From contig JAIBCZ010000001.1 of assembly GCA_024679645.1 (NCBI GenBank), positions 1-57,964 on the forward strand: 57,964 nt of DNA, read 5' to 3'. This DNA is from Amphritea sp. (GTDB taxonomy: Bacteria; Pseudomonadota; Gammaproteobacteria; Pseudomonadales; Balneatricaceae). Made by a program: the position numbers and the translations under genes. Positions 1-9,529 of the stretch are shown here, piece after piece; the first letter of the stretch is position 1, and every line of letters begins with the position of its first letter. Under the pieces are notes generated by a model, which saw nothing but the letters and a program-made list of their open reading frames with translations, ran no database searches and was not told the DNA's origin.

Positions 1-169
1 AGGCATCGTCTTTTCCTATCTGCTTAACGCTGACCAGTACCAGAGGCCAGCGTATAAAATCCAGTCACTGCTACAAACCAAGTAGCAATATTAAGGCGGC
101 GAATTATACAGAAAGCCCTGCTATAAAGCTATTTCAGATAGAGGTTCAGACGCGATAAACCGAGGTAAC

Positions 170-865
170 CTATTCATCCAGATGCTGTCGGGTATAAAGG
201 ATATGCTCAGTCGCCGCTGTCCGGGCATTTTCAGCATCTCGAGCCATTATCGCCTGATGAATTGCTCCGTGTTGAGCACGGATGCCATCCGGGTATCGAC
301 CATGCTTTTTAAGGGTGCATGTTAACACCCCATAGATTGCGTTGAAAAAACGGGTATAGAACAGCTGACTAAAGCAGATTATCAATAAATGGTGAGATGA
401 CTCCGCGATCATCATATGAAAACGCAGGTCTTCTTTAGCCTTTTCCAGCGTAGTTTCACCCTGTCCACGTTTTTGCATTTGCTGGTATTCAGTATCCAGT
501 GCCTGTAATTGCTCATCTGTCGCACGGGAAGCTGCATAAAATGCAGCTTCCCCTTCCAGCATAGCCCTTACATCCATAACCTGTCGTTGAAAATCGGCAT
601 TATCACCAAGCGCTCTGACCCCTTCGACCGGCATATTGAAATAGGGTTCCAGTAAGTTCTTTACCCGGGTTTTACCCCCCTGGCGCACCTCAACATACCC
701 TTCTGCTTCCAACTGCCCCACGGCTTCACGCACAGTAGACCGCGACAACCCCCAAGACTCAGACATACGCCGCTGAGACTCTAGTTCTGCCCCCGGCAAT
801 AGCTCGCCTGAGAAAAAGCTCTCTTTTAATTGCTGTAACAGTGTGTCACTCAAATTTTGATTCAT
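170..865 (-). CDS. GntR/FadR-family transcriptional regulator (LldR/PdhR-like)
   Basis: N-terminal wHTH (LESQRRMSESWGLSRSTVREAV) plus FCD domain (DLRFHMMIAESSH, QHGAIHQAI); divergent from lldEFG. Confidence 0.9.
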   Translation of the reverse strand: MNQNLSDTLLQQLKESFFSGELLPGAELESQRRMSESWGLSRSTVREAVGQLEAEGYVEVRQGGKTRVKNLLEPYFNMPVEGVRALGDNADFQRQVMDVRAMLEGEAAFYAASRATDEQLQALDTEYQQMQKRGQGETTLEKAKEDLRFHMMIAESSHHLLIICFSQLFYTRFFNAIYGVLTCTLKKHGRYPDGIRAQHGAIHQAIMARDAENARTAATEHILYTRQHLDE

Positions 866-883
866 AAACTGAGAACCCTGCTT

Positions 884-900
884 ATTTGGTCAGACCAGTT
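884..900. promoter_or_regulatory. FadR-family (LldR/PdhR-type) operator
   Basis: ATTTGGTCAGACCAGTT with dyad TGGT-cag-ACCA; close to the AATTGGTnnnACCAATT consensus; lies between the regulator and lldE. Confidence 0.8.
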
Positions 901-997
901 AGAAGTGTAGCATTTCTTTCCCGGCCTTCATTAACTATCTTTACTCACAGCAACAGAGCAGTCTTAGCGCTTCTGTAACGAGCCAATAACTATAAAA

Positions 998-1813
998 ATG
1001 GTAAACCACATGCCAAATTCATCTTCAGGCCCACGCGTCGGGCTGTTTGTTACCTGTCTGGCGGATATGTTTCGTCCTTCAGTCGCCTTCGCCACCGTTA
1101 AATTACTCGAGCAGGCAGGTTGTTCCGTTGAAGTACCGGAGCGCCAGACTTGCTGTGGTCAGCCTGCCTTCAATTCCGGTGATCGCAAAACCACTGCGGA
1201 CATCGCCCGACAGACCATCGACGCTTTCGATGGCTATGAGTACGTTGTCGGCCCGTCGGGTTCCTGTATCGGCATGCTTCACTATTACCCTGAAGTATTC
1301 GACCCTTCTGACAGTTATTACCAACGTGCTCTGAACCTGAAAAGCCGAAGCTTTGAAATCACCTCTTTCCTATTCGATGTTATTGGCGCTAACGCCCTGC
1401 AGGAGCAGCTAAAACTATTACAGTTTAATCACAAGGTCACCTACCACGACTCCTGCTCCGGGCTACGACAGATGGGGATTAAGCAGCAACCACGGCAGTT
1501 ACTGCAGCAAGTTCAAGGAGTAGAACTTGAAGAGATGGAAGAGGCAGAAACCTGCTGCGGATTTGGCGGCACTTTCTGCGTTAAATACCCGGAGATCTCA
1601 AACCGGATGGTCTCGAATAAAACCGACTATATCAGTAATACCGGCGCCCACACCTTGCTAGGCGGTGATCTGGGCTGCCTGCTGAACATGGCAGGTAAAC
1701 TCAAACGCGAAGGCAAACAGGTTGAAGCGCGTCATGTAGTCGAAATTCTGGCGGGTATGACCGACATTCCTGCGATCGGCGAAGCCGATTACGACCTGGC
1801 ACAACAACTTTAA
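998..1813 (+). CDS. lldE: L-lactate dehydrogenase complex subunit LldE/LutA (CCG domains)
   Basis: LFVTCLAD, QTCCGQP, YHDSC, CCGFGGTF, DLGCLLN motifs; start could be 1010. Confidence 0.92.
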   Translation: MVNHMPNSSSGPRVGLFVTCLADMFRPSVAFATVKLLEQAGCSVEVPERQTCCGQPAFNSGDRKTTADIARQTIDAFDGYEYVVGPSGSCIGMLHYYPEVFDPSDSYYQRALNLKSRSFEITSFLFDVIGANALQEQLKLLQFNHKVTYHDSCSGLRQMGIKQQPRQLLQQVQGVELEEMEEAETCCGFGGTFCVKYPEISNRMVSNKTDYISNTGAHTLLGGDLGCLLNMAGKLKREGKQVEARHVVEILAGMTDIPAIGEADYDLAQQL

Positions 1814-1824
1814 GGAGCGAGACC

Positions 1825-3243
1825 ATGCAAATAAATACCCCGTTCTTTAAACAGCGTGCCCACGATGCACTTGCCGATGAGAACCTCCAAAAAGCACTTG
1901 GTAACTTAAAAGCAGGCTTCCCTGAAAAACGCGCCATCGCCGTCGACCGGATGCCCGAATTTGAAGAGTTACGAAACCAGGGGCGAGACCTGAAGAACCA
2001 TATTCTTGAACATCTGGATCTCTATATAGAGCAGTTTGAAAGCAAAGTGATTGAAAACGGCGGGCAAGTTCACTGGGCCCGCACGGCGGAAGACGCCAAC
2101 CAAATTATTCTCGATCTCTGTAAGCAGGTTGACGCGAAGACTGTCACAAAAGGAAAATCGATGGTCACCGAAGAGATCGGCCTAAACGACTTCCTCGAAG
2201 CGAACGGCGTTCAACCGGTGGAAACCGATCTTGGTGAATATATCCTTCAACTCAGAGAGGATCACCCCAGTCACATTATTGCCCCAGCCATCCACCTGAA
2301 CCTGGAAGATGTCTCTGAAGCTTTTCATGAGCACCATAAGCGACCTAAATCAGACGATCCAGCGGTTCTGATGCAGGAAGCCCGCGAAGTGCTGCGGGAT
2401 AAATTTGTCGCTGCCGATGTGGGTATTACCGGCGCAAACTTCTGTGTTGCAGAAACCGGCTCGACAATTATCGTGACCAACGAAGGTAATGGTGACCTGA
2501 CTCAAACACTGCCCAAAACCCATATCGTCGTCACTTCAATCGAGAAAGTGGTACCTACGCTGGAAGATATGACTCTATTCCTGCGGTTACTGGCACGTTC
2601 TGCAACCGGGCAAGAGTTCACTGTTTACAACACTTTGTCCACGGGCCCACGCCGCGAAGGTGATCAGGATGGTCCGGAAAATTTCCATGTCGTGCTGGTT
2701 GATAATGGCCGTAGTGAAATGGTCGGCAGTGAATTTCAGGATATGTTACGTTGCATCCGCTGCTCTGCCTGCATGAACCACTGCCCTGTTTATGGCGCTG
2801 TCGGTGGTCACAGTTACGGCTGGGTCTACCCAGGCCCAATGGGTTCGGTGCTGACACCGCAGATGATCGGTATTGAGAAAGGCGGCATGCTACCAAACGC
2901 TTCCACTTTCTGCGGCAAATGCGAATCGGTTTGTCCGGTTAAAATCCCGCTACCCAAGCTGATGCGGCATTGGCGTGAAGATGAATTCCAAAAGCATCTG
3001 CAACCTAAAGCGGCCCGCTATGGTTTGGCGGGATGGGCATTTATGGCCAAACGCCCTGCCCTCTACAAACCTTATGCCCGTATGGCCAGTTGGTTTATGA
3101 AACGCCTGGCCGGCAAGAAAGGCAGGATTAAGAAGTTACCACTGGCGGGAGGCTGGACCGACTGGCGGGATATGCCTGCACCACAAGGGACCACCTTTAT
3201 GAAAGCCTGGAAAGAGCAACAAAAAAACGGAGAGCAGCCATGA
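1825..3243 (+). CDS. lldF: L-lactate dehydrogenase Fe-S subunit LldF/LutB
   Basis: ETDLGEYI, PSHIIAPAIH, CIRCSACMNHCP, CGKCESVCP; RBS AAGGAG. Confidence 0.95.
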   Translation: MQINTPFFKQRAHDALADENLQKALGNLKAGFPEKRAIAVDRMPEFEELRNQGRDLKNHILEHLDLYIEQFESKVIENGGQVHWARTAEDANQIILDLCKQVDAKTVTKGKSMVTEEIGLNDFLEANGVQPVETDLGEYILQLREDHPSHIIAPAIHLNLEDVSEAFHEHHKRPKSDDPAVLMQEAREVLRDKFVAADVGITGANFCVAETGSTIIVTNEGNGDLTQTLPKTHIVVTSIEKVVPTLEDMTLFLRLLARSATGQEFTVYNTLSTGPRREGDQDGPENFHVVLVDNGRSEMVGSEFQDMLRCIRCSACMNHCPVYGAVGGHSYGWVYPGPMGSVLTPQMIGIEKGGMLPNASTFCGKCESVCPVKIPLPKLMRHWREDEFQKHLQPKAARYGLAGWAFMAKRPALYKPYARMASWFMKRLAGKKGRIKKLPLAGGWTDWRDMPAPQGTTFMKAWKEQQKNGEQP

Positions 3244-3932
3244 GCGGAACAAACACCAGCATGAGCCGTGCAGAAATTCTGGGTAACATCCGTACCGGGC
3301 TGAACCGCAATCAGGATGATAGCCAGCGCCAGCAAACCGTCGCTAACCGACTCGCCACCAAAGCGGATAACCTGATTCCAGGCCGGGCGCAACTGCCCTT
3401 TACGGAACAAGTCGCTCTATTCAAAGCGATGACCGATGAAGCGCTGGCCGAACTGATCGAACTTGATAGTATCGAACAGGTGCCACAGGCGTGTACCGAC
3501 TGGTTATCCAATCATGGTATTAAGCAGCTTATCAGCGCCAGTGATACTGAACTGACAGCACTGGACTGGAGTCCATTGGATCAGCAACAGATCACCCGTA
3601 CGGAACGTGTTGCGCAGGCTGGTGATACTGCCAGCCTGACCTCAAGCTTTGCCGGGATAGCCGAGACCGGTACGATTATGCTTCATTCCGGCTCACAGAG
3701 CCCAACAACCCTGAATTTCCTACCGGATAATCATCTGGTGATACTACGCCGCTCTACTATTGTTGGGGTCTATGAAGAAGCATGGAAGAAAACCAGAGAA
3801 AAATACAGTAACAGCATGCCGCGTACCGTCAATATGATTACTGGTCCCTCCCGCAGCGCCGACATCGAACAGAAACTACAGATGGGCGCCCATGGGCCTA
3901 AAAACCTGGTCATACTGTTCATCAACGATTAA
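3240..3932 (+). CDS. lldG: Lactate utilisation protein LldG/LutC
   Basis: GIAETGT, ITGPSRSADIEQ, GAHGP; ATGA overlap with lldF. Confidence 0.92.
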   Translation: MSGTNTSMSRAEILGNIRTGLNRNQDDSQRQQTVANRLATKADNLIPGRAQLPFTEQVALFKAMTDEALAELIELDSIEQVPQACTDWLSNHGIKQLISASDTELTALDWSPLDQQQITRTERVAQAGDTASLTSSFAGIAETGTIMLHSGSQSPTTLNFLPDNHLVILRRSTIVGVYEEAWKKTREKYSNSMPRTVNMITGPSRSADIEQKLQMGAHGPKNLVILFIND

Positions 3933-3956
3933 AGAGCAGTAAAGCCATTGAGGAAC

Positions 3957-3995
3957 AGCCCTAATCCTTAAAAAAGATAGGGCTATTTATCTTTT
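3957..3995 (+). terminator. Possible intrinsic terminator of lldEFG
   Basis: AGCCCT...AGGGCT imperfect stem followed by a T-rich tract. Confidence 0.4.
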
Positions 3996-4082
3996 CTATC
4001 GTTATAGTGACCCCTGTTCTGGTCATACAGAATCAATTAAGGAAAAATACCCGCTCTCTAACATATCCAAAAGGATGCTTTT

Positions 4083-5096
4083 GTGGAGTCGTTGGCCCGA
4101 CAGTTATACATATTAGTAATCGACACGAGACTAACTTCAGTAGTTACACTCGCTCTACTGATTCTCTGCTGCAACTCAGTCCAGGCTTTGGATCTGGGCT
4201 CCGAGCCCATCTCACCACTGCAGCCAAACCTTGCATTAAATTCGACCAAAACCGCGCTGGGAAGAGATCTATTTCACGATCCAAGACTTTCATCAGATAA
4301 CAGTATTAGCTGTGCCAGCTGCCATAATCTTAGTCGGGGAGGTGCCGACACCGGCGCTATCTCTTTCGGTGTTAACCAGGCTGCTGGCAGCGCCAACACA
4401 CCCACTGTCTACAATAGCGGTTTAAATTTCGTCCAGTTTTGGAATGGCCGTGCCAGAGATCTCAACGAGCAGGTCAGTGGCCCGGTGCACAACCCGGTAG
4501 AAATGAATAGTAACTGGCCGGCGATAATAAACCGCCTCAGCCAGGACAAGCCTTTAACAGAAAAATTTAACGCAGCCTATACCGATGGCCTCAATGTTGA
4601 AAACATACAAGACGCCATCATCCAGTTCGAGCACTCTCTGGTTACACTCAATGCCCCCTTTGATCGCTGGATAACTGGCGATTCAACAGCCCTCTCTGAT
4701 ACGCAGATACAGGGCTACCGTCTGTTTAAATCCTATGGCTGTATCAGTTGTCATCAAGGTAGAAATGTAGGTGGCAACATGTACGCTTACTTTGGTGCAG
4801 TGGCAGATATTTCCGTCTATTTTCGCGACCGGGGCACCGCTATAAATGAGACCGATCTGGGCCGTTATGCCGATACACACAATCCTGCCGACAGATACCT
4901 GTTTAAAGTCCCCAGTTTGCGGCTGGCTTCCCTGACAGCCCCCTATTTTCACGACGGTTCAATCGCTCAATTATCAGACGCCATAATAATCATGGGGCGT
5001 TTCCAGCTAGGTCGTGAGATTCCAACAAAACATGTCTCAGCCATTCAGGCATTCATTGAGTCTCTGGTAGGCGAGCACCCGGAGCTGACCAAATGA
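4083..5096 (+). CDS. Di-heme cytochrome c peroxidase (CcpA/MauG family)
   Basis: LGRDLFHDPRLS, CASCH, QFWNGRA, CISCH, FKVPSLR, PYFHDGS; signal-like N-terminus; exact start uncertain (GTG). Confidence 0.88.
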   Translation: MESLARQLYILVIDTRLTSVVTLALLILCCNSVQALDLGSEPISPLQPNLALNSTKTALGRDLFHDPRLSSDNSISCASCHNLSRGGADTGAISFGVNQAAGSANTPTVYNSGLNFVQFWNGRARDLNEQVSGPVHNPVEMNSNWPAIINRLSQDKPLTEKFNAAYTDGLNVENIQDAIIQFEHSLVTLNAPFDRWITGDSTALSDTQIQGYRLFKSYGCISCHQGRNVGGNMYAYFGAVADISVYFRDRGTAINETDLGRYADTHNPADRYLFKVPSLRLASLTAPYFHDGSIAQLSDAIIIMGRFQLGREIPTKHVSAIQAFIESLVGEHPELTK

Positions 5097-8000
5097 TCTG
5101 GTTTAAAACCCGGCTGTATCTGACATCTATCATAGCGATAACGTTACTCGCCTGGCTTTTCTATATCGTTCAGATAGAAAGCAAGCAACCCAATCAACGG
5201 CGCTCTGAAATACTCTTGCAACAGCAAGCGCTGGACAACGCCCTTGATCTGGAAGTATCACTCATCAGTTCAATGGGCCAGCAAAATTATGACGAACTCG
5301 TCACGCTGACTACACGACTTCACCGTCAGGAAAACGACAGCGCTGTTGCGACTCTATTTATTGACCTGCCTCCAGAACTGAAGGCTCAGCTTAATCAATA
5401 CCGCACCACTCTGCAGCAGCGAACTACAGTAGTTGAACGGCTTAAAACCCATGCAGCAATTGTCCGCAACGGTCTGAACTATATGCCCACGCTGTTGCAC
5501 GACATCGCCGGGAATGATAATGCCAACTTTCCCCTTGCCAAAGAAATTGTTACTCAGCTATATCAGTACCATATTTTCAGAAGCGGCCTGGACGCAGAAG
5601 AGATCAAAAACAATCTTCGCAGGCTTCCTGCCAACAGCAGCACCAGCGTAAACGACCTGATATCCCATATTAATATCAACCTGAATGCCCAAACACAGCT
5701 GACGCAGCTTCTCAAAACATATAAGCAGATCCCAAACAGGGCGGTGTTTAATCAGCTTTACAATGCCTACCTCGCCTACAGAAACAAGAGTGCGAAGCAA
5801 ACTGAGTACTTAAATTCAGTATTGATCGGCCTGACCGCCACGTTAATTCTCCTGCTGACCTTTCTGTACTTTCGCCTTACCCGTTCCCATAGTCAGACCA
5901 ACAAAGCTCAAAAGCGTCTTAAAGACGGTGTCGATAATATTAAAGAAGCATTTGCCCTGTTCGATGCTAATGACCAGCTGATTTTATGTAACCACACCTT
6001 CAGCAGCTACTATCCCTGGATAGCTGAGCTACTCGTACCCGGCACGCCTAAAGCCATCATTCAAAGTGCTATCGACCAACAGTGCAGCTACCCTGATGAC
6101 AATGGCGAGGCATCCCGGTCTTTACAGATATTGGAGAATGGCGACTGCTATCGGTGCAGTAATAGCCCAACCAATGAGGGCGGTGAAGTCTGGGTGCGGG
6201 TCGATATGACCGAAACCCGATCACGCGAACAGGAGCTTCGCAAGCTCTCAAGAGCACTGGAACAAAATCCTGCTGCTGTCGTTATTACCGATATCAAAGG
6301 CATCATCGAATACATCAACCCCAAAGCAGAAGAAGTTAGCGGCTATTCACTTGAGGAAGTTGAAGGAAAGCAACCCAATATTTTTAGTTCCGGTGATATT
6401 TCCCCTATCAATTACGGGGAGATGTGGGAACAAATGCTGGCAGGAAAAGCCTGGCAGGGAACTTTCCTGAATCGCCGTAAGAACGGACAGCTATACTGGG
6501 AAGCAGCAACGATATCCGCGGTCCGAAACTTACAGGGTGAGATCACTCATTTCGTTGCTGTTAAAGAGGACATTACTGAACGACGCTCCACCGAAGAACA
6601 ACTGCGATTGAATGCCGCAGTATTTGAAACCACCAATGAGGGGATCATGATCACCTCACCCGATGCAAAAATAATCTCCGTCAACCCTGCATTCACCGAG
6701 ATAACCGGTTACAGCTCCGCAGAAGTCATTGGTAAAACGCCACAGGTATTTCAATCGGGAAGGCAGAATAAAACCTTCTACTCAGATATGTGGAAAACAC
6801 TTGAGCGTAATGATAGCTGGTCAGGAGAGGTCTGGAATAAGCGCCGGAATGGCGATGTCTACCCACAATGGCTCTCCATCGCCGCCGTGCGTAATAGCGA
6901 TGCTGAGCTTGAGCAGTACGTTGCCGTATTCTCAGATATGACTCAACGCAAGGCCGATGAAGAGAAAATCCGGCTGCAGGCCAATTTTGACGCCCTCACC
7001 GGCCTGCCTAACCGCATCATGCTCAAACATGAAATACAGCGGGTATTGCAGTACTGCAAAGAACAACAATCCGTCTGCGCACTCCTCTTCATCGATCTCG
7101 ATCGTTTTAAAGCCGTGAACGATACTTTAGGTCACTCCGTTGGCGATGAGATGCTGCAGCAAGTCAGCCAGAGGCTGACGTCTGTCATCCGTAATGATGA
7201 TCTGCTCGCCCGCTTCGGCGGCGATGAGTTTGTCATTGTATTACCGGATATTGCAGCACCAGAAGCGGCCATTCAGACGGCGGACAGAGCTATCGAAGCA
7301 TTACGCCCACCCTTTCAGCTGGCGAACCGGACTCTGTATATCGGCGCAAGCGTGGGGATATCTTGTTATCCCAGCGATGCTGAGAATGGCGAGGCTATGT
7401 TACGCCATGCCGATATGGCGATGTATCTGGCAAAAGACAACGGTCGAAATCAACACCAGTTTTTTAATACCGAAATGCGTGACCGGGTAAGAAGCCGTAC
7501 CGATATGGAACACTCGATGCGCCATGCAATTGAACATGAAGAGTTCGAACTCTACTATCAGCCGATCTACAACTGCATAACCCATAAAGTCACCGCAGCG
7601 GAAGCGCTCATTCGTTGGCATCATCCAGAACACGGGCTGATCAGTCCGGCAGAATTTATTCCCCTGGCAGAAGATACCGGGCTTATCCAGCCGATCGGGC
7701 TTTGGGTTTTCCGGCAAGCCTGTGAACAATTACGCACATGGAAAGACCTGGGCATCGACAATCTCGCTGTCTCTGTTAACGTCTCCAGTAGCCAGCGCCA
7801 CATGGGGTTCAATGCTCAGGTAGCGGCTGAGATTATCAACACAACCGGTGCAGACCCAACCAACATTATTTTTGAAATTACTGAGAGCATGTTCCTTGAA
7901 AGCTCGACTGAAGCGATCAGCTGGCTGAATCAACTGAAAGCCTTAGGGGCAAAGCTGGCGATTGATGATTTTGGTACCGGCTACTCTTCGTTAAGTTACT

Positions 8001-8302
8001 TGAAGCAGTTTCCAATTGATAAATTAAAGATTGACCGCGCCTTTATCCGCGACCTGCCAGATAATGCGGAAGATGCCTCACTGGTCAATGCGATTACGGC
8101 GATGTCAAAGAGTCTGGGGTTAGAGCTGATCGCCGAAGGGGTTGAGACCACTGAACAATTTAAATACTTAAACCAGCTGGGTTGTCAGAATATACAGGGC
8201 TTTCTGTTTAGTAAGCCTGTTCCGGCTGAGAAACTCCCCGACGCCATAAGGCAGATAGAAGCAACCTCATTCTCTAAACCTCCCACTGACTACATCATCT
8301 GA
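5093..8302 (+). CDS. Membrane sensor with periplasmic helical (DAHL-like) domain, PAS domains, GGDEF and EAL
   Basis: Two TM segments flanking a helical domain; two PAS/PAC repeats; RNDD...GGDEF; EAL; DDFGTGYSSLSYL; ATGA overlap with the peroxidase gene. Confidence 0.92.
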   Translation: MIWFKTRLYLTSIIAITLLAWLFYIVQIESKQPNQRRSEILLQQQALDNALDLEVSLISSMGQQNYDELVTLTTRLHRQENDSAVATLFIDLPPELKAQLNQYRTTLQQRTTVVERLKTHAAIVRNGLNYMPTLLHDIAGNDNANFPLAKEIVTQLYQYHIFRSGLDAEEIKNNLRRLPANSSTSVNDLISHININLNAQTQLTQLLKTYKQIPNRAVFNQLYNAYLAYRNKSAKQTEYLNSVLIGLTATLILLLTFLYFRLTRSHSQTNKAQKRLKDGVDNIKEAFALFDANDQLILCNHTFSSYYPWIAELLVPGTPKAIIQSAIDQQCSYPDDNGEASRSLQILENGDCYRCSNSPTNEGGEVWVRVDMTETRSREQELRKLSRALEQNPAAVVITDIKGIIEYINPKAEEVSGYSLEEVEGKQPNIFSSGDISPINYGEMWEQMLAGKAWQGTFLNRRKNGQLYWEAATISAVRNLQGEITHFVAVKEDITERRSTEEQLRLNAAVFETTNEGIMITSPDAKIISVNPAFTEITGYSSAEVIGKTPQVFQSGRQNKTFYSDMWKTLERNDSWSGEVWNKRRNGDVYPQWLSIAAVRNSDAELEQYVAVFSDMTQRKADEEKIRLQANFDALTGLPNRIMLKHEIQRVLQYCKEQQSVCALLFIDLDRFKAVNDTLGHSVGDEMLQQVSQRLTSVIRNDDLLARFGGDEFVIVLPDIAAPEAAIQTADRAIEALRPPFQLANRTLYIGASVGISCYPSDAENGEAMLRHADMAMYLAKDNGRNQHQFFNTEMRDRVRSRTDMEHSMRHAIEHEEFELYYQPIYNCITHKVTAAEALIRWHHPEHGLISPAEFIPLAEDTGLIQPIGLWVFRQACEQLRTWKDLGIDNLAVSVNVSSSQRHMGFNAQVAAEIINTTGADPTNIIFEITESMFLESSTEAISWLNQLKALGAKLAIDDFGTGYSSLSYLKQFPIDKLKIDRAFIRDLPDNAEDASLVNAITAMSKSLGLELIAEGVETTEQFKYLNQLGCQNIQGFLFSKPVPAEKLPDAIRQIEATSFSKPPTDYII

Positions 8303-8309
8303 TTGAAGT

Positions 8310-8335
8310 AAAAAAAACCGCCATAAGGCGGTTTT
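8310..8335. terminator. Bidirectional intrinsic terminator
   Basis: AAAACCGCC-ataa-GGCGGTTTT between convergent genes. Confidence 0.85.
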
Positions 8336-8350
8336 AATAAAGCTTCGCGG

Positions 8351-8554
8351 TTAAGCCATTATGTCGATACTTTGCCCTAACGGGGACGTTGGATCGACAG
8401 CAGCCATCGCGGCACTTTCCAGCAGTTGTAACGCCATTGCACCTTGCAACTCAATATTGTCTTTAGCTTTACCAGCCACAGCCAGCGCTACATCGTTCTG
8501 TAACGAAGCTTGTTGATACGCCGAAGCGGAAGCCGCTGTAATTTCCATCATCAT
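8351..8554 (-). CDS. YjfB-like small protein (putative motility protein)
   Basis: VALAVAGKAKD...ALQLLES...LGQSIDIMA pattern; RBS AGGAG; sigma28-like promoter upstream. Confidence 0.75.
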   Translation of the reverse strand: MMMEITAASASAYQQASLQNDVALAVAGKAKDNIELQGAMALQLLESAAMAAVDPTSPLGQSIDIMA

Positions 8555-8574
8555 ACTCCTAACCGATATGAGTT

Positions 8575-8600
8575 ATATCGGCCAGCACCCGAGAACTTGA
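8575..8600 (-). promoter_or_regulatory. Sigma28 (FliA)-type promoter
   Basis: Minus strand TCAA-N14-GCCGATAT just upstream of the YjfB-like gene. Confidence 0.65.
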
Positions 8601-8628
8601 GCAATTGATCACGTAGTTTCAGACTTTT

Positions 8629-9528
8629 CTACAGTTCACTAACTTCTGAGAGAGCCCCGCATCGTTGCTCCAGAGCCAACTGAATGAAATCACGAATTCC
8701 CGGCAAACTTCGGCGATTTTTCATCCATACCACATGCTCAACCACTTCTTCGGTTGCTTCGATAACCGGTACTACCTTCAAACAAGGATTAGGGCGAATA
8801 TCCTGCTCCAGCGCAAAACCAATCCCCAGACCGTGACTCACCGCTTCCGACATATCCAGTCTGCCATCCACCACCACATTGCCGGATACTGCCAGTTGAT
8901 GACGGCCAAACACTCCTTCCAGCAACTGTTGAGTGCAGGCTTCCGGCTTATACACAATCAGCGATTCGTCCGCCAGCTCTCGCACTGACAGAGACTCTTT
9001 GTCTGCCAACACATGATCCGGCCGTAGCACCGCCACTAAACGATGGGAGGAAAACGCCAGTCGGGAAAGCTCACTACGCTCATCTATAAGCGGAAACAAA
9101 CCGATATCCACCTCTCTGTTCAGCACCAGTTCCCGGCACTCTGAAGTAGCAACCGACTTAATTTTCAATGTCGTCAACGGAAAACGGCGACTAAACTCGG
9201 CGATCAGAGGCATAAAAATAATTGATGAGGCGTTAGCCACCTTCAGCGTCATTTTACCAGGGGCCAGAGTCGGGTTGGACAGCACCTCTACCGCCGCTTC
9301 CAGGTCATTATATTGCCGGGTTATCTGGTACAGCTGCCTACCCAGATCCGTCGCCCTGACGCCTTTACTGAACCGCTCCAGTAACGGCGTACTGAAACGG
9401 GATTCGAGCTTACGAATCTGTGCCGTAATAGCAGGTTGGCTAACCGATAGTAACTGTGCCGCGCGGGTAAAATTGCCCGCCTGCAAGGTCGCATTAAAGG
9501 CTCTTATCTCAGCCATTGAGTAATCCAT
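8629..9528 (-). CDS. LysR-family regulator, probably phosphonate-catabolism associated
   Basis: GNFTRAAQLLSVSQPAITAQIRKLE HTH; starts 1 nt after the ABC ATPase stop. Confidence 0.88.
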   Translation of the reverse strand: MDYSMAEIRAFNATLQAGNFTRAAQLLSVSQPAITAQIRKLESRFSTPLLERFSKGVRATDLGRQLYQITRQYNDLEAAVEVLSNPTLAPGKMTLKVANASSIIFMPLIAEFSRRFPLTTLKIKSVATSECRELVLNREVDIGLFPLIDERSELSRLAFSSHRLVAVLRPDHVLADKESLSVRELADESLIVYKPEACTQQLLEGVFGRHQLAVSGNVVVDGRLDMSEAVSHGLGIGFALEQDIRPNPCLKVVPVIEATEEVVEHVVWMKNRRSLPGIRDFIQLALEQRCGALSEVSEL

Positions 9529-9529
9529 A

